This document shows positions 60,510 through 64,000 of a stretch of DNA of 64,000 bases, one piece after another; the first letter of the stretch is position 1; every line of letters begins with the position of its first letter. Source of the DNA: Candidatus Poribacteria bacterium. Its GTDB lineage: Bacteria; Poribacteria; WGA-4E; WGA-3G. Both the position numbers and the translations under genes were made by a program. The notes below the pieces were generated by a model, which saw only the letters and a program-made list of their open reading frames with translations, was not told where the DNA came from and ran no database searches. The DNA lies in the NCBI GenBank assembly GCA_965205025.1, contig CBDBFU010000028.1, positions 64,001 through 128,000 on the forward strand. The letters run 5' to 3'.

Positions 60510-62507
60510 ATGGACAAAATATTGAAAAACAAAACTACTTCCAATCTTAGTTCACTTGATAACAGAGATGTGACAACTTGGGCACTTCCTGAAGGTGCAC
60601 ATGCGAGATTAGGACGCGGACGTGCCAACGATATGGCATTTTCACCTAACGAACAATATTTGGTTATCGGCACAGCAATTGGACTTTGGTTATATGATCT
60701 ACCGACTTTATCTCCAATTGCTCTTTGGGATACCGAACGTGGAATGATTAGTTCTGTTATAGTTTCACCAGATAATCAACGGATTGTCACACATACTTTT
60801 TCCGAATCCATAAAGATATGGGATATTCGAGAAGGCATCTGTATAACTCAGATCGAGAAGCAAAACGAACGAGATATAACCAATCCTATCTTTTCTCAAG
60901 ACGGAGAGTACATTGCTACAATTAGTAATGAAAGAAATTGGAAAATTTACTTCTGGTGTTCTCATACAGGTAGGAAACTGAAAGAAACAGTAATTAAGCC
61001 GCCTCGTGAAGTTTATCCTATCTGTTTTTCACTTGATTTGAATTTGTTAGCAGGTAAGACCAATGATCCAGATAATGTGGACAGAAATAACGGGAATGAT
61101 TCAATTATAATTTGGAATGTAAATTCTGGAGAACAAATTACCATCATTGAGAATTATCCAGAACCAGTGCGAAGGTTCTGCTTTTCTCCATGCGGACAAT
61201 ACCTTGCAGCAGGTAATTACCATGGTAAAATACATGTATGGGACATCACACGCGAACAACTGGAAGCTACTTATTCTGAATATGGAAACGCACAGATGTA
61301 TCCATATTATCTTACAGATGGTGAATTAATTGCTTGTGCTGTTTCTGATCGCGTAGCTGAGATTTGGAATGTAAGAAAGCATGAGAAAATAAATGAATTT
61401 GCGCATCGTGGTAATACTGGAATAGTTAGTTTTTCGGACAGTGGTACACAAATGGCACATGCAAGTCCGAGCGAAATCAAAATCTGGAGGAAAAGTAATA
61501 ATTCTGATATTCATACTGTTTCATCTCTCCATGGACATCTCACAACGATGGACACAATAGTTTTTTCAAAGAACGAGAAGACGCTTGCTGCCGGATTTTG
61601 GAATGACAATGTCCTTCTATGGGATCTTGCCAGTAGACGGTCATACCGACCAGACAGTGAAAAACTACCTGGGACTTCGCATAATGTTTATAGATCTCCT
61701 AACGATACTATTATTACTACCAACAGATTAAAAGAAAAAATAATTGTATATGAGCTTGGTAAGAATGAACCGATTGCAGAATTGGTTGGTCCAAAAGAGG
61801 GTTTAGGTCGCGCCCAAGCATACACTTCCACAGGAGCAAGGATAGCAAATGTCGACAGAGACGATAACATACATATCTGGGAACGATTATCAACCTTATA
61901 TGACAGGTCAAAAACCGAAACTTGGAAAAAGATCGCTACGATCCATAATGATGAAGAATTTACTTACGGATTAAGGTTTAGTCCGACTGGAATGGCGTTT
62001 AGTCCAGATGGAAAACAGCTCGCAACTATATCAAGATCACAGGATTGTAAAGCCTGTTTGTGGAATGTTGATACAGGGATACAGATTGCTGAGCTTCCTA
62101 TAACCCCACCATCAAGAAGGGGAATGTATCGTGATTATGATACTGGGATAGCATTTTCGCCAGATGGCAATATCATCGCAGGTGGAATGTGGCACGGGAT
62201 TGTCCTGTGGAATGCAATAGATGGAAAATCCATTAAATACATCCCACACTCGGAGGAATATCAACGACCTATCACATTATGCTTTTCGCCGTGCGGACAG
62301 TATTTGGCTTCTGGGGCATGGTGGACACCAGATTTACAAAAGGTGTCTATCCGAATATGGAAGGTTCCAACAGGTGAGAATCTCACCACTTTTTGGGGAC
62401 ATACCACAGATGTCCAATGTTTTGCATTTTCACAGGACAGCACTCTATTAGCAAGTGGTGGACACGATGGTACGATTTACCTGTGGGATCTGAAACCTTA
62501 TTTATAG
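60510..62507 (+). CDS. Cytoplasmic WD40-repeat protein (WDLKPYL subfamily)
   Basis: WALPEGAHARLGRG cap; SPCGQYLASGAWW; ends WDLKPYL. Confidence 0.9.
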   Translation: MDKILKNKTTSNLSSLDNRDVTTWALPEGAHARLGRGRANDMAFSPNEQYLVIGTAIGLWLYDLPTLSPIALWDTERGMISSVIVSPDNQRIVTHTFSESIKIWDIREGICITQIEKQNERDITNPIFSQDGEYIATISNERNWKIYFWCSHTGRKLKETVIKPPREVYPICFSLDLNLLAGKTNDPDNVDRNNGNDSIIIWNVNSGEQITIIENYPEPVRRFCFSPCGQYLAAGNYHGKIHVWDITREQLEATYSEYGNAQMYPYYLTDGELIACAVSDRVAEIWNVRKHEKINEFAHRGNTGIVSFSDSGTQMAHASPSEIKIWRKSNNSDIHTVSSLHGHLTTMDTIVFSKNEKTLAAGFWNDNVLLWDLASRRSYRPDSEKLPGTSHNVYRSPNDTIITTNRLKEKIIVYELGKNEPIAELVGPKEGLGRAQAYTSTGARIANVDRDDNIHIWERLSTLYDRSKTETWKKIATIHNDEEFTYGLRFSPTGMAFSPDGKQLATISRSQDCKACLWNVDTGIQIAELPITPPSRRGMYRDYDTGIAFSPDGNIIAGGMWHGIVLWNAIDGKSIKYIPHSEEYQRPITLCFSPCGQYLASGAWWTPDLQKVSIRIWKVPTGENLTTFWGHTTDVQCFAFSQDSTLLASGGHDGTIYLWDLKPYL

Positions 62508-62532
62508 AATTTAGAGAACATCTCTAATAATT

Positions 62533-62766
62533 CTATAGTTTGGACAATTAGTTTGGACAATTTCTGAGAGGTGCTTCACCTTTTTTCAAAGGGTTTCTGG
62601 TTTTTCGCCACGTGTCTCACGCTAATCCAACTCTAAGAAAAATAAACTCGGATGGACTAAAGCGTAGCCCCAGCGGGGCGAAATGTGTGTAGAAACGTCA
62701 TATCTCCTCAAGATCCAAGCCCCAGAGGGGCGAAATGTATATCGCTTCAAACTGTCCAAATTATAG
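62533..62766. mobile_element. MITE-like element carrying a REP pair
   Basis: TIRs CTATAGTTTGGACA / TGTCCAAATTATAG (1 mismatch); internal AGCCCCAGMGGGGCGAAATGT twice (62666, 62718). Confidence 0.7.
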
Positions 62767-62849
62767 TAATAATGTAGTACTTCCATTTTTTTCTAGATAA
62801 TCTTGAAAGGAGAATCTGAAATTGTTAGGAGAAAATGGATCCGTAACTC

Positions 62850-62896
62850 CTCAATTATGACACTCATGCAACCCACCAATCACAAAAAAGCGTCAC
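62850..62896 (+). promoter_or_regulatory. Putative ECF-dependent promoter module
   Basis: CTCAATTATGAC-N5-TGCAAC-N18-CGTCAC. Confidence 0.7.
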
Positions 62897-62930
62897 CCAA
62901 TTGTAACACCTATATTATGCCGAGGTAAAA

Positions 62931-64000
62931 ATGGAAGTAAACTATTCTAAACTAATCCAAAAGATCTTAGCTGAAGATGAAACTGCTTTTACAGTATTAG
63001 TCCACAAATTCCAAAAAGGGATTCACGCACTCGCATGGAAGAAAATAGGGGATTATCAGATAGCCGAAGAGATAACTCAAGTTTTACCATGGGGTATTGT
63101 TGCCACATCTACAATTATTATGATTCTGTTATTTGGCATAGGTAATCAACTCATCAGTCCATATCAGAACCCATATAATGTTGAAGCACAATCTGAGTCG
63201 TCAATTGAGATTGTTGATGCTACAAGAGTACAAGATATAATACCGCAGCAAAAAGTACAAAATCGAAATGGAAAGAATATTCAGGAAGGTCAAAATCAGA
63301 ATGAAGGTTTATCAGAAAAAGGAGAAAACATGCAGAACGACTCCATAGATGATACTATGCAATGGTACTTACCCAAGAATGCAATTGCGCGTTTTGGTAA
63401 GGGCGGTATAAGAGATATATTGTATTCTTCCGATGGATCAACGTTAGCTGTCGCAGGAAAAATTGGTCTTTGGCTTTACGATACATCCACTTATGAAGCT
63501 ATCGACATGATACCGTCTGAATCTACTGAATTTAATTGCTTAGCTTACAGTGTTGATGGAAATTTCTTTGCAGCAGGCGATAGGCAAGGAACTATACATT
63601 TATTAAATAAAAAGACTGGAGAGAAAATCGAGATAAATGCTCATACAAGTTGGGTGAATGGACTATCCTTCAATCCTAAGGGTACAATCCTGGCAAGTGC
63701 TGGTCGGGATTTTCTTCTTCAACTTTGGGATGTTAACACCGGTAAACAAATAAAAACTCTAAAAGAAACAAACTCAGAAATTCAATGTATTACCTTTAGT
63801 CCAGATGGCAACACTTTGGCAAGTGGAGAGGGTAATGTTATTCGTTTCTTCGATATCCATAGTGGCAATGAAAAACCCCTTAATGCTCACACCAGCTGGG
63901 TTGATGATTTAGCTTACAGTCCTGATGGAAAATCAATACTAAGCATCAGTGATGATAACCAAATTTTTCTTTGGGATGTCAATACACTTCAAAAGAAGAT
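62931..64000 (+). CDS. Truncated-sigma - TM - WD40 fusion protein (runs off the window; absent from the ORF track)
   Basis: GAGG RBS; MEVNYSKLIQKILAEDETAF..IAEEITQ joined directly to VLPWGIVATSTIIMILLFGIG, then WYLPKNAIARFGKG and WD repeats. Confidence 0.88.
   Translation, partial: MEVNYSKLIQKILAEDETAFTVLVHKFQKGIHALAWKKIGDYQIAEEITQVLPWGIVATSTIIMILLFGIGNQLISPYQNPYNVEAQSESSIEIVDATRVQDIIPQQKVQNRNGKNIQEGQNQNEGLSEKGENMQNDSIDDTMQWYLPKNAIARFGKGGIRDILYSSDGSTLAVAGKIGLWLYDTSTYEAIDMIPSESTEFNCLAYSVDGNFFAAGDRQGTIHLLNKKTGEKIEINAHTSWVNGLSFNPKGTILASAGRDFLLQLWDVNTGKQIKTLKETNSEIQCITFSPDGNTLASGEGNVIRFFDIHSGNEKPLNAHTSWVDDLAYSPDGKSILSISDDNQIFLWDVNTLQKK

Overview
AT-rich bacterial window, almost entirely + strand. 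It is most likely Candidatus Poribacteria or a relative, inferred from the massive WD40 expansion, ECF-sigma/WD40 fusions and secreted proteins ending in a K-L-x-x-x-W-G-x-[LI]-K motif. 1-29 kb is mostly core genome: lnt, frameshifted prfB, lysS, lolC/E-lolD, ilvE, bamA-skp-lpxD, a DGGGP-synthase-like prenyltransferase and other enzymes. Between prfB and lysS lie two paralogous beta-helix proteins and a 2-kb islet bounded by exact 20-bp direct repeats (orphan antitoxin-like gene plus orphan hsdS). 29-64 kb is an accessory array of 12 WD40 beta-propeller genes: 5 secreted, 3 stand-alone cytoplasmic, 4 fused to ECF sigma factors. It also holds a protease-TPR gene, four secreted C-terminal-motif genes and many REP/MITE-like repeats. 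The best candidate for an undescribed system is the sigma-WD40 module. Three of four fusions carry an in-frame AGGAG+ATG at the sigma/propeller junction, three loci share a precisely spaced tripartite ECF-like promoter, one fusion has lost most of its sigma domain in frame, and orphan last-blade fragments lie between the genes. A second candidate is the shared C-terminal sorting-like motif on six unrelated or paralogous secreted proteins. Six single-base frameshifts cluster at 54-60 kb and may be assembly errors. No tRNA, rRNA, CRISPR, integrase or transposase was recognised. All calls are by eye; no database searches were run.
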